Shown one piece after another: positions 27,243 through 35,219 of a DNA stretch of 64,000 nucleotides. The DNA is taken from NCBI GenBank assembly GCA_964452875.1, contig CAYVNG010000001.1, positions 2,786 through 66,785 on the forward strand, in the 5' to 3' direction. The stretch comes from an uncultured Candidatus Saccharibacteria bacterium. GTDB lineage: Bacteria > Patescibacteriota > Minisyncoccia > Minisyncoccales > CAYVNG01. Within the stretch, counting starts at the first letter, position 1. The number at the start of each line of letters is the position of its first letter. A program made the position numbers and the translations under genes. The notes below the pieces were generated by a model. That model did no database searches. It was not told the DNA's origin and saw only the letters and a list, made by a program, of their open reading frames with translations.

Positions 27243-27643
27243 TTTTCTATATCAATACAAAAGGGTTCAATGATGTTGTTGACATCACTGAGAAGGTTTC
27301 CGAGCTGGCGGCCCAGTCAGGTGTGGAAGACGGGATTTGCCTGGTTTCCTGTTCAGGATCCACTGCTGGCGTCACTACGATTGAATATGAAGAGGGGGCA
27401 ATTAAGGATTTAAAAAGGGCGCTTGAAATATTGGCCCCGATGAACGGCATCTATGAACACCAAAAGAAGTGGGGGGACGGAAACGGATACGCCCACGTGA
27501 GGTCAGCTTTGATGAAACCCTGCATATCTTTCCCTATGGAAAAAGGAAGGATAAAGCTCGGCACCTGGCAGCAGATAGTCCTCATCGATTTTGACAACCG
27601 GCCAAGGGAAAGGGAGTTGTCGGTCAAAGTCGTTTCTTCTTGA
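27239..27643 (+). CDS. YjbQ (UPF0047) family protein
   Basis: MIFYINTKGFNDVVDIT...HVRSALMKPCISFPMEKGRIKLGTWQQIVLIDFDNRPRERE, classic YjbQ. ATG overlaps the upstream stop (ATGA). Confidence 0.75.
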   Translation: MIFYINTKGFNDVVDITEKVSELAAQSGVEDGICLVSCSGSTAGVTTIEYEEGAIKDLKRALEILAPMNGIYEHQKKWGDGNGYAHVRSALMKPCISFPMEKGRIKLGTWQQIVLIDFDNRPRERELSVKVVSS

Positions 27644-27659
27644 AGGAATCGTATAAAAA

Positions 27660-27912
27660 AGTTGAGCCCGGATTCGTATCACTTTCTCATGGAGGGTAAC
27701 GCGCGTGCGTTGTTTCTCCGGTGAGCGATGTGTACGAATCCGGGCTTGAATGGTCCGACGGTCCAATTATTTCACGAGAGTTAAAGTACACGCCCTCTAG
27801 GGAGGACGAGTACTACGCCTTATTATTCTGTACAAGGCGTTCCTCCTTTCTGAAGAAGACGGCGTGGCTGGATACGTCCGCTTTATCAACCGACTCCAGC
27901 CGTCCCTTCTCT
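27660..27912 (+). ncRNA. candidate structured RNA or cis-regulatory element of unknown family (strand uncertain)
   Basis: 426-nt non-coding gap in an otherwise compact region, with locally higher GC. agcccggattcgta (27665-27678) pairs perfectly with tacgaatccgggct (27733-27746), enclosing the nested helices ggagg/tctcc and aacgc-gcgt-gcgtt with the palindrome acgcgcgt. Further helices ggagga.../...ttcctcc and gacggcgtggctgg.../ccagccgtc follow, then ccttctcttt. Confidence 0.3.
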
Positions 27913-28069
27913 TTGGATTCTATCGCATAAAGTCCAAAGAGAAGAGGTAAATTGTTTTACGCCTATATTATACATCTTTTGCAATAATTGTCAAGGGATT
28001 GGATATTGCTTGCTAAAGAAAGATTCAGGCTTTAAAATATAAGGAGAAAAGGAAAATAAAACAAAAATC

Positions 28070-28753
28070 ATGTTAGGAATAAAAATAAACAGAGTGGTGA
28101 AGTTCCTGGTTCTGAGCGATCTGGCTTTTTGGGGAGGATGGGGATTGCTGACTCCGGTATTCGCCATTTTCATCGTTGACAGGATCGAAGGGGGATCCGC
28201 CCTGGTCGTCGGCATTGCGGCAGCAGTTTATTGGATCTTCAGGTCTTTTTTCAGGATACCCATAGGCATCATACTGGATACTTGCCCTGGAGAGAAGGAC
28301 GACTATTGGTTTTTGACTGTCGGCTTGGCGATCGCTTCCCTGGTTTCCTTCGGATTCATTTTCGTCACTACTCCGATACAGATATACCTCTTGCAGACGA
28401 TTTACGGGATTTCCATGGCAATGTCGCTTTCCGGCTGGTCTGCCATATTCACCAGGCATATCGGTAAAGGGCAGGAAGCCACCGCCTGGGGGATAGATGC
28501 CACTTTGGTGGGGATGGGGACCGGCATCTCCGGAGCGCTGGGAGGATGGGCGGTGACTCAGTTCGGGTTCGACGCCGTTTTCGTCGCGGTGGGATTGACC
28601 GGCATAATAGGAACGCTGCTGCTTTTAGGGATAAGGAATGACATAAAAGGGGTGTTTGACCGCGGATTTCCGGCCAGCGTGAGGGAAATTTTTCGAAGCG
28701 ATGAAAAACAGGGAAATAGCGAATCTACTTTACGAGATAGCCGATTTTCTTGA
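28070..28753 (+). CDS. six-TM membrane protein, possibly a half-size MFS-like transporter
   Basis: Six predicted TM helices, with a DRxGG-like motif after TM2 (FIVDRIEGG). A sigma70-like TTGCTA-17-TAAAAT lies at 28010-28038. Confidence 0.4.
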   Translation: MLGIKINRVVKFLVLSDLAFWGGWGLLTPVFAIFIVDRIEGGSALVVGIAAAVYWIFRSFFRIPIGIILDTCPGEKDDYWFLTVGLAIASLVSFGFIFVTTPIQIYLLQTIYGISMAMSLSGWSAIFTRHIGKGQEATAWGIDATLVGMGTGISGALGGWAVTQFGFDAVFVAVGLTGIIGTLLLLGIRNDIKGVFDRGFPASVREIFRSDEKQGNSESTLRDSRFS

Positions 28754-30458
28754 AGCTGAAAACGTTCAGTTCAAGCCCTTTGCCTACAGGAGGGCCGCTT
28801 TCGGGTTAGAGAGCCTTGGGAAGGACGCGAAAGACATATACAAAGAGGAAGGGTTGAGCGGTTTGGAAAATATCCCTGGCGTAGGGAAAAGCATCGCAGA
28901 AAAAATAGAAGAGTATATCAGAAAAGGGAGGATAAAAACCCATGAAAATCTGAAATCGAGGATGCCGATAAAAATGAGGGAGCTTGTTTCGCTTGAGGGG
29001 CTGGGACCCAAAAAGGTCAAGCTTCTTTACAGAAAGCTCGGGGTATCTGACATAAAGAGTCTGGAAAGGGCGGCAAAAAATCATGAGATAGCCAAACTTG
29101 AAGGATTCGGAGAAAAGACGGAAAAGAACATTTTGGAAAGCGTAAGTTTCAAAAAAAAATCTGAAGGCAGGTTCTTAACAGGGGATATTTTAGAGGAAAT
29201 AGAAGAGATGGAAGAGTCCCTCAGAAAATCCGAATACGTCAGGAGAGCCGTTGTAGCCGGATCTGTAAGAAGGAAGAAGGAAACCGTAGGGGACGCTGAT
29301 ATGCTGGTTACAGCGGGCAATTCAAAGAAAGCGATGGATTTTTTCGTCTCCCTGCCAGGAGTCGTCAAGGTGCGCAGCAGGGGAGGGACAAAGGCTTCCG
29401 TGAAAACGAGCAGGGGATTCGATATTGATCTGAGGGTCGTCCCTGAAAATAGCTTTGGAGCGGCTCTCCAATATTTTACCGGCTCCAAGGATCACAATAT
29501 CGTTTTGAGGAAAATCGCCGCAACCAAAGGGCTGAAGCTTTCAGAATACGGCCTTTTTAGGAATAATAAAATGATCGCCGGCAGAACAGAAGAAGGCATT
29601 TACCGCGCCCTGGGCATGAAGTGGATGGATCCTGAGATAAGGGAGAATTCAGGGGAAATAGAGGCTGCAATCAGAGATTTCAAAGGAGAAAAACCAGGGC
29701 TTCCAAGACTCATCGCACATGAGGATATCAAAGGGGATCTTCACTGCCATTCAAGCTGGGCCAGAGGAGCCAACACTGTATGGGAAATGGCTGAAGCCTG
29801 CAAGGAAGCAGGATACGAATATTTTGGCGTTTCAGATCACACTAAATTCCTCAAAATCGAAAAAGGGCTCGATGAAAACGATCTTAGGAAACAGAGACTG
29901 GAGATAGATCGGCTCAACAGGGAGCTTGAGAAGCTTGGAATCAGATTCGCAATCCTTCAGGGGGCTGAAGTCAATATATTGGAAGACGGATCTGTCGACA
30001 TTAAAGACGAAGCCCTGAAAAAGCTGGATTACGTCATAGCCGGGGTCCATTCCAATTTTAAAATGAAAAAAGAGGGCATGACCGAAAGGATCATAACAGC
30101 GATGAAGAATGGGCATGTAAATGTAATATCCCATCCGACAGGCAGGTTGTTTGGAAAGAGGGATCCTTACGAGATTGATTTCGACAGGGTATTGAGGGCC
30201 GCAAAAGTTTACAGCGTCGCCTTGGAGATAAACTCTTTTCCAGAAAGGATGGACTTGAACGACCTTAATATCCGCAGAGCCAGAGAAGCAGGGGTAAAAA
30301 TGGCGATCAATACCGATTCCCATCAGAAGGGCCATCTTGAGAACATGAAAGCGGGGGTCGACCAGGCCAGGAGGGGATGGGCCGAGAAAAAGGACATAAT
30401 CAATTCATGGCCTTTGCCAAAGATAGTTCAATTTTTCAAAAAACCTTATGTCAGTTGA
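28701..30458 (+). CDS. polX: family X DNA polymerase with C-terminal PHP domain
   Basis: HhH motifs (IPGVGKSIAEKI, LEGLGPKKVKLL), Pol beta-like palm (GSVRRKKETVGDADMLV), PHP histidines (GDLHCHSSWARG, GVSDHTKF, ISHPTGRL). The first 53 nt overlap the preceding gene. Confidence 0.85.
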   Translation: MKNREIANLLYEIADFLEAENVQFKPFAYRRAAFGLESLGKDAKDIYKEEGLSGLENIPGVGKSIAEKIEEYIRKGRIKTHENLKSRMPIKMRELVSLEGLGPKKVKLLYRKLGVSDIKSLERAAKNHEIAKLEGFGEKTEKNILESVSFKKKSEGRFLTGDILEEIEEMEESLRKSEYVRRAVVAGSVRRKKETVGDADMLVTAGNSKKAMDFFVSLPGVVKVRSRGGTKASVKTSRGFDIDLRVVPENSFGAALQYFTGSKDHNIVLRKIAATKGLKLSEYGLFRNNKMIAGRTEEGIYRALGMKWMDPEIRENSGEIEAAIRDFKGEKPGLPRLIAHEDIKGDLHCHSSWARGANTVWEMAEACKEAGYEYFGVSDHTKFLKIEKGLDENDLRKQRLEIDRLNRELEKLGIRFAILQGAEVNILEDGSVDIKDEALKKLDYVIAGVHSNFKMKKEGMTERIITAMKNGHVNVISHPTGRLFGKRDPYEIDFDRVLRAAKVYSVALEINSFPERMDLNDLNIRRAREAGVKMAINTDSHQKGHLENMKAGVDQARRGWAEKKDIINSWPLPKIVQFFKKPYVS

Positions 30459-30942
30459 AAAATCGGCAGGCGCCCTGGTCTTCAGGAAAAGAAAGGACAG
30501 GAAAGAATACCTCCTTCTGCATTATCCCCAGGGTTCAAAATCGAAAAAGGATTACTGGGACTTCCCGAAAGGGCACATTGAAGAAGGGGAGACCAGATTG
30601 GATGCTGCGAAGCGAGAGGTGAAGGAAGAAACGGGGATAAAGGACCTGAGGATATTGGAAGGGTTTAAAAAAGGGATAAGATATTTTTTCAGGATTAAAG
30701 ACAAGCCGATTTTGAAAAAGGTGGTCTTCTACCTGGCCGAAACGAAAACCAGGAAAATCAGGCTTTCGAACGAACATATCGGCTTTGCATGGCTTTCTTT
30801 CGCCAAGGCCGTTAAAAAATTGACTTTTGACAATGCCAAAGAAATACTCAAAGAGGCGGATGATTTCTTTTCAAAGAGAAGTCTTCCGAGTCGTCAGAAA
30901 AATACCGAGAGGCAGGGTGATGACCTACAAAGAGGTGGCTGA
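30448..30942 (+). CDS. NUDIX hydrolase
   Basis: Nudix box GHIEEGETRLDAAKREVKEETGI. Confidence 0.8.
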   Translation: MSVEKSAGALVFRKRKDRKEYLLLHYPQGSKSKKDYWDFPKGHIEEGETRLDAAKREVKEETGIKDLRILEGFKKGIRYFFRIKDKPILKKVVFYLAETKTRKIRLSNEHIGFAWLSFAKAVKKLTFDNAKEILKEADDFFSKRSLPSRQKNTERQGDDLQRGG

Positions 30943-31114
30943 AAAAGCGGGATTCCCCTTATCTTGGAGGGCGGTCGGGAATGTCCTGCATAAGAACATA
31001 AGCCCTCTTATTCCTTGCCACAGGGTGATTAAATCTGACGGAACGGTCGGAGGATTCAACAAAGGGATTCAGTACAAGAAGATGCTGCTCAGAAAGGAAG
31101 GAATCAAAATATAA
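30860..31114 (+). CDS. ogt: methylated-DNA-protein-cysteine methyltransferase, C-terminal (active-site) domain only
   Basis: SFQREVFRVVRKIPRGRVMTYKEVA and active-site PCHRVI. Only the DNA-binding/active-site domain is present (about 85 aa). Overlaps the NUDIX 3' end by about 80 nt in another frame. Confidence 0.7.
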   Translation: MISFQREVFRVVRKIPRGRVMTYKEVAEKAGFPLSWRAVGNVLHKNISPLIPCHRVIKSDGTVGGFNKGIQYKKMLLRKEGIKI

Positions 31115-31115
31115 A

Positions 31116-31142
31116 AAAACTGCCCGCAACAAGCGGGCGGTT
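31116..31142. terminator. bidirectional terminator between ogt (+) and rplT (-)
   Basis: aaaaaaa-ctGCCCGC-aacaa-GCGGGCgg-ttt; a T-run follows on the minus strand and a short one on the plus strand. Confidence 0.65.
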
Positions 31143-31145
31143 TCC

Positions 31146-31493
31146 TTATTTCTTCGCTTCTTCAGCTACTTTTTTGAACACTTCTGGATAGCTTTCTGCC
31201 AGTTGGGACAGAATTTTTCTGTCCAGTTCGATCTTGTTTTTCTTCAATCCTGAGATGAATTTACTGTAAGAAATGCCGCTCTGGCGGCAGGCAGCGTTGA
31301 TTTTTATCTGCCAAAGTTTGCGAAATTCTCCTTTTTTCGCCTTCCTGTCCCTGTAAGCGTAAGTCCAGGCATGGTACAAAGCTTCCTTGGCCTGTCTGTA
31401 TTTCGATTTTCTTCCCCATTTGAAACCCTTGGCGTGCTGGAGGACGTTTTTTCTTCGCTTGTGGGCTGTTTTTCCTCTTTTTATTCTGACCAT
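31146..31493 (-). CDS. rplT: 50S ribosomal protein L20
   Basis: MVRIKRGKTAHKRRKNVLQHAKGF... Confidence 0.95.
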   Translation of the reverse strand: MVRIKRGKTAHKRRKNVLQHAKGFKWGRKSKYRQAKEALYHAWTYAYRDRKAKKGEFRKLWQIKINAACRQSGISYSKFISGLKKNKIELDRKILSQLAESYPEVFKKVAEEAKK

Positions 31494-31512
31494 AGTATTT
31501 TATACAATTGGC

Positions 31513-31701
31513 TTACCACCTACTCAACAGCTTTTTAATTTTTTTGGCTTCGTTCTTGGGCAGATTGACCCATTTCCTGCCTTTCCTGGTCTGCTTGCTG
31601 GTTTTTTTGGCTCTGTAATGATCCTGACCAGTGGCTCTTCTCAGGACTTTTCCATTTTTTGTGATTTTGAATCTTTTGGATATCGATTTTCTTGTTTTCA
31701 T
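31513..31701 (-). CDS. rpmI: 50S ribosomal protein L35
   Basis: MKTRKSISKRFKITKNGKVLRR... Confidence 0.9.
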   Translation of the reverse strand: MKTRKSISKRFKITKNGKVLRRATGQDHYRAKKTSKQTRKGRKWVNLPKNEAKKIKKLLSRW

Positions 31702-32210
31702 GTTGATTTTGATATTATCATCGTGAGGCCCCGGAGCTCTTTTTTGATCCCTCTTTCTATCCTGAAAGGAATCTTTTCCTTCAGCAATCCGAGGAATTTC
31801 TCTATTTTTTCATTGGCGAATTCGCCCAGCGCCTTTTCTCTTCCCCTCAAGCGCATTTCAATCTTCACTTTATTCCCCTGGTTCAGGAATTTTGCGGCGT
31901 TATCCGCTCTCGTCTCAAGATCGTGCAGGGAAATATTAAAAGTCAATCTTATCCCTTTCAAGTCCCCGCCGGTCTTTTTTTCCGTTTCCTTTCTTTTTTT
32001 CTCCAGCTGATAAAGGTATTTTCCATGATCTATTATCCTGCAGACCGGGGGATCGATCCTTTCGGTGACCTGCACTAAATCTAAATTACGCTCCCGGGCT
32101 TTGCGGAGCGCTTCTTCTATCTTTACGACCCCTTCCTGCTGCCCTTCTTCTCCTATCAGCATCACTTCTCTCGCCCTTATTCTGTTGTTTATCAATGGTT
32201 TTTCGTACAA
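31698..32210 (-). CDS. infC: translation initiation factor IF-3
   Basis: INNRIRAREVMLIGEEGQQEGVV...DLVQVTERIDPPVCRIIDHGKY; conserved infC-rpmI-rplT operon. Confidence 0.9.
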   Translation of the reverse strand: MYEKPLINNRIRAREVMLIGEEGQQEGVVKIEEALRKARERNLDLVQVTERIDPPVCRIIDHGKYLYQLEKKRKETEKKTGGDLKGIRLTFNISLHDLETRADNAAKFLNQGNKVKIEMRLRGREKALGEFANEKIEKFLGLLKEKIPFRIERGIKKELRGLTMIISKST

Positions 32211-32221
32211 ATCCTTTAAAA

Positions 32222-32565
32222 GTGGAGGTGGAGGGATTGAACCCTCGTCCAGAAAGTTTAATGAATTCTCTCTACAGGTTTAGCCGGTTTTTTCTTTTCG
32301 GAGCGCCGGATATGAAACTGGCAAAATTCCGATGCTCCCAGTCCCAGAAGTTCAACAGCCGTTCGGGACGGGTCGGCTGTCTATCCCGAAGATTTGACAC
32401 CCGGCTTCCGCTCATCGGGAGTCGGCGGAGCGGATGGCTTTAAGCGTAAGCTAAAGCGGGTTGTTTGAATAAGTTGGCACTTATTGCTTTCTAGAAGTTT
32501 TGTCAGATTCTAGAATACTGAACCTGCCGAACTCTATAAACGTTCCTGTCGAATCTTTCACCCCC
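32222..32565 (-). ncRNA. ssrA: tmRNA (ssrA), tag peptide ANLFKQPALAYA
   Basis: Minus-strand 5' end GGGGGUGAAAGAUUCGACAGGAACG matches the E. coli 5' end GGGGCUGAUUCUGGAUUCGACGGG. Minus-strand 3' end GGACGAGGGUUCAAUCCCUCCACCUCCAC matches GGACGCGGGUUCAACUCCCGCCAGCUCCACCA (T-arm and acceptor). Acceptor GGGGGUG/CACCUCC has the G3.U pair and an A discriminator; CCA is not encoded. Tag region AAUAAGU GCC AAC UUA UUC AAA CAA CCC GCU UUA GCU UAC GCU UAA sits at 32440-32478. Length 344 nt. Confidence 0.8.
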
Positions 32566-33007
32566 GCATCCTCAATTCTCTCTTTATTTTCATATCCAAC
32601 TCCCTCTTTTTTATCAGTTCTCTCTTATTAATGGTTTTTTTCCCTCTTCCTATCCCGAATTCAAGCTTAATTTTTTCTTTTTTAGTATATATCTTTAACG
32701 GGATTAAAGTCAAGCTTTTTTGGCTTGTCTTTCCGATCAAATACCTTATTTCCTCTCTGTTTAAAAGCAGCTTCCTGGGCCGTTTGCTGTCGTAGTTTCC
32801 AGGGGCGTTGGCCGGCTGATAGGCCGGGATGGTCGCTTCCACCCAGAAAAACTCGCCCTTTTTCAGGGAAACGTAGGATCCAGCCAAATTGACGCTCCTT
32901 TCTTTGATCGATTTCACTTCCTGGCCGGTCAAAGATAATCCGGCTTCGAACTTCTCCAGGATCTGGTGGTTGAAATATGCTTTTTTGTTTTCGGCGATTG
33001 TTGGCAT
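32558..33007 (-). CDS. smpB: SsrA-binding protein SmpB
   Basis: MPTIAENKKAYFNHQILEKFEAGLSLTGQEVKS...KLLLNREEIRYL...; its last two codons and stop overlap the tmRNA 5' end. Confidence 0.9.
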   Translation of the reverse strand: MPTIAENKKAYFNHQILEKFEAGLSLTGQEVKSIKERSVNLAGSYVSLKKGEFFWVEATIPAYQPANAPGNYDSKRPRKLLLNREEIRYLIGKTSQKSLTLIPLKIYTKKEKIKLEFGIGRGKKTINKRELIKKRELDMKIKRELRMRG

Positions 33008-33463
33008 TTACCTTTTCTCCAATCTTAGCATAAGAAAGAGAAGGGATCTCCAGTAAAGGTTCATCCTTTTGCTCTTCGCCTCCTTAAAGGAATATTTTTC
33101 ATCCTGCTTTTGCACTCTCACGCGGTAAACGGCGACAAGTATCCCGGTCCTGTCCATTCCTTTCCGACAGTGGATCAGAACAGGAATTTTTTCCGGTTTT
33201 TCGAACAGGCTCAAAAAATTGCGGATGCCCTCCTTGTCTGTTCTGCGGAAGATATTCTTGAGGGGGATGTGCATCAGGGATATGCCGTTGTCCCTGGCGA
33301 ATTTTTCCTCGAAATCCTCGACCGCTCCCCTCAGGTCGATTATGGTCTTGATGCCGTATTTCTCTTTGAGATAGCTCAAAAAATAACCGCTTGGCTGGGC
33401 GGACCGGTACAATTTTCCCGGGTCGACGATTTCGAAATTGTAGTTTGACTCCAAAGTTCCCAT
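33008..33463 (-). CDS. protein tyrosine/dual-specificity phosphatase
   Basis: CX5R P-loop HCRKGMDRTG. Confidence 0.7.
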   Translation of the reverse strand: MGTLESNYNFEIVDPGKLYRSAQPSGYFLSYLKEKYGIKTIIDLRGAVEDFEEKFARDNGISLMHIPLKNIFRRTDKEGIRNFLSLFEKPEKIPVLIHCRKGMDRTGILVAVYRVRVQKQDEKYSFKEAKSKRMNLYWRSLLFLMLRLEKR

Positions 33464-33543
33464 AAAAGAAGCGGTTTTTATTCCATTATACTTCCATTTC
33501 CTTGTTTTTCCAGCGATTGCGTCCGGCCGTTTTAAAAGGTAAA

Positions 33544-35139
33544 ATGAACCTGATGGTGCGCCAGATGATAAAAAAAGAAGTGGAAGAGGCGGTGGAGTCT
33601 CTCCAGAAGGAAAGGGTCTTCCCTGATTTTGAGATGCCTGTCATTGGAGTGGGGCGTTCCCAGAAGCCCGAGCAGGGAGATTATTCCGTCAATGCGGCCA
33701 TGACCATAGCCAAAGAGATCCGAAAAGACCCTTTTGAAACGGCAGAGGTCATCGTTGAAAAATTGAGGCACAAGGAATCGGTTTTCTCCAAGGTGGAATG
33801 CGCAAGGCCGGGATTCGTCAACTTTTTCCTGAAAGAAGAATATCTTCAGGATTATCTCAGAGAAGTGCTGGAAAAAGGAGACAATTTCGGAACTTTGGCA
33901 GGAGGGGGAAAGGTGAATGTCGAGTTCATTTCCGGAAATCCGACCGGTCCTTTGCATATCGGGAACGGGAGGAGCGCATTCGCCGGAGACGTTCTGGCCA
34001 ATGTCTTGGAAAAAAGCGGGCGAGAAGTGGCCAGGGAATATTATATAAACGACGCCACTTCCAGCCTTCAGATTGCCACTATTAAGGACACTGTTTCGCA
34101 GATCGGCAGCGAAGCTGCCAAAGGAACTCTTCCTTATTACACTCCATATCTTGAAGAAAAGGTTTTAACATTGGGTTCTGGGGCGAACATCGACCAAATA
34201 ATCGCTTCTATCCAGGAAGACAACAGGAAATTCATCGCTGAAAAATTGAAGATAAGGTTTGACAACTGGATTTCCGAGAAAAGCGACATCTACGGAAATG
34301 GCGGAACCGAAGATCTCCTCAAATGGCTTTATGATAAAGGCCTGGTTTACGAAAAAGAAGGAGCCATATGGATCAAACTTTCTCAATTCGGCAGCGAAAA
34401 AGACTGGGTGCTGGTCAGAAAGAACGGATTCGGCACATATCTGCTCGGGGACATCGCTTACCATAAAAACAAATTTGACCGCGGTTTTGACAAATTAATC
34501 AACATCTGGGGAGCGGACCACCAGGCTCATGTGAGCAAGATGAAGGCGGCAGCCAGGATGCTCGGCAGGGAAGGGGATCTTGAAATCCTGATACTCCAGC
34601 TGGTGACTCTCAAAGGGAAAGAAAAGCTTTCAAAGAGATCGGGAAAGATCGTCACCTTAGAAGAACTTATCAATGAGATCGGCTTGGACGCGGCGAGATG
34701 GTTTTACCTCCAAAAATCCCTTGATACCCACATGGAAATCGATATCAGCCTGGCGAAAGAGCAGTCTGAAAGGAATCCGGTCTATTACGTCCAGTACGCC
34801 CATGCCAGGATCTGCAGCATTTTCAGGAAAGCTGGCATCAAGGACGTTTCAGCTGAGGACACTCATTTGCTCAGCCATCCTTCAGAACTCCAGCTTTTGA
34901 GGAAGATAACTCTTTTCCCTGAAATAGTAGAAGACACGGCTGAAGACTATCAGATCCAAAGGCTTTCCAAATACGCCTTGGATTTGGCCGGTTCCTTCCA
35001 CCAGTTTTACGGGGACTGCAAAGTGATTTCAGACGACGAAAAAATGACTCGGGCCAGGCTTTCTTTAGCTTTGGGAGCCAGGATCGCCTTAAAAAACACG
35101 CTGTCGCTGATGGGGATATCCGCTCCGGAGCAAATGTAG
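33544..35139 (+). CDS. argS: arginyl-tRNA synthetase
   Basis: HIGH-type PTGPLHIGNGRSA; anticodon-binding DALD-type C-terminus ending ...GISAPEQM. The ORF also allows a TTG start at 33502. Confidence 0.9.
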   Translation: MNLMVRQMIKKEVEEAVESLQKERVFPDFEMPVIGVGRSQKPEQGDYSVNAAMTIAKEIRKDPFETAEVIVEKLRHKESVFSKVECARPGFVNFFLKEEYLQDYLREVLEKGDNFGTLAGGGKVNVEFISGNPTGPLHIGNGRSAFAGDVLANVLEKSGREVAREYYINDATSSLQIATIKDTVSQIGSEAAKGTLPYYTPYLEEKVLTLGSGANIDQIIASIQEDNRKFIAEKLKIRFDNWISEKSDIYGNGGTEDLLKWLYDKGLVYEKEGAIWIKLSQFGSEKDWVLVRKNGFGTYLLGDIAYHKNKFDRGFDKLINIWGADHQAHVSKMKAAARMLGREGDLEILILQLVTLKGKEKLSKRSGKIVTLEELINEIGLDAARWFYLQKSLDTHMEIDISLAKEQSERNPVYYVQYAHARICSIFRKAGIKDVSAEDTHLLSHPSELQLLRKITLFPEIVEDTAEDYQIQRLSKYALDLAGSFHQFYGDCKVISDDEKMTRARLSLALGARIALKNTLSLMGISAPEQM

Positions 35140-35199
35140 ATGCTTGTCTTTTGAAGGGGAAAACACGGGTAAAGAGCCCTTTTTATTTTTGGAAAAATC

Positions 35200-35208
35200 T
35201 GGTAGAAT
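35200..35208 (+). promoter_or_regulatory. extended -10 element (TGgTAGAAT) for ileS; near-leaderless transcript
   Basis: tGGTAGAAT ends 11 nt before the ileS ATG (35220); no SD sequence in between. Confidence 0.35.
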
Positions 35209-35219
35209 GTTAATTACTC

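Noticed and set aside
27644-28069. Tried to assign the structured gap to tmRNA, RNase P RNA or SRP RNA
   Set aside because: tmRNA was found at 32222-32565. The P4/CR-I (GGAAAGUCCGGGCUC) and CR-V motifs of RNase P and the SRP domain IV motif (GGAAGCAGCC) are absent. Only chance similarity exists (GGUAACGC, GAAUCCGGGCUU). It is left unclassified.
32195-32443. Plus-strand ORFs of 82, 72 and 149 aa overlapping 32.06-32.44 kb
   Set aside because: They lie inside or antisense to the tmRNA gene and the infC 5' end; spurious.
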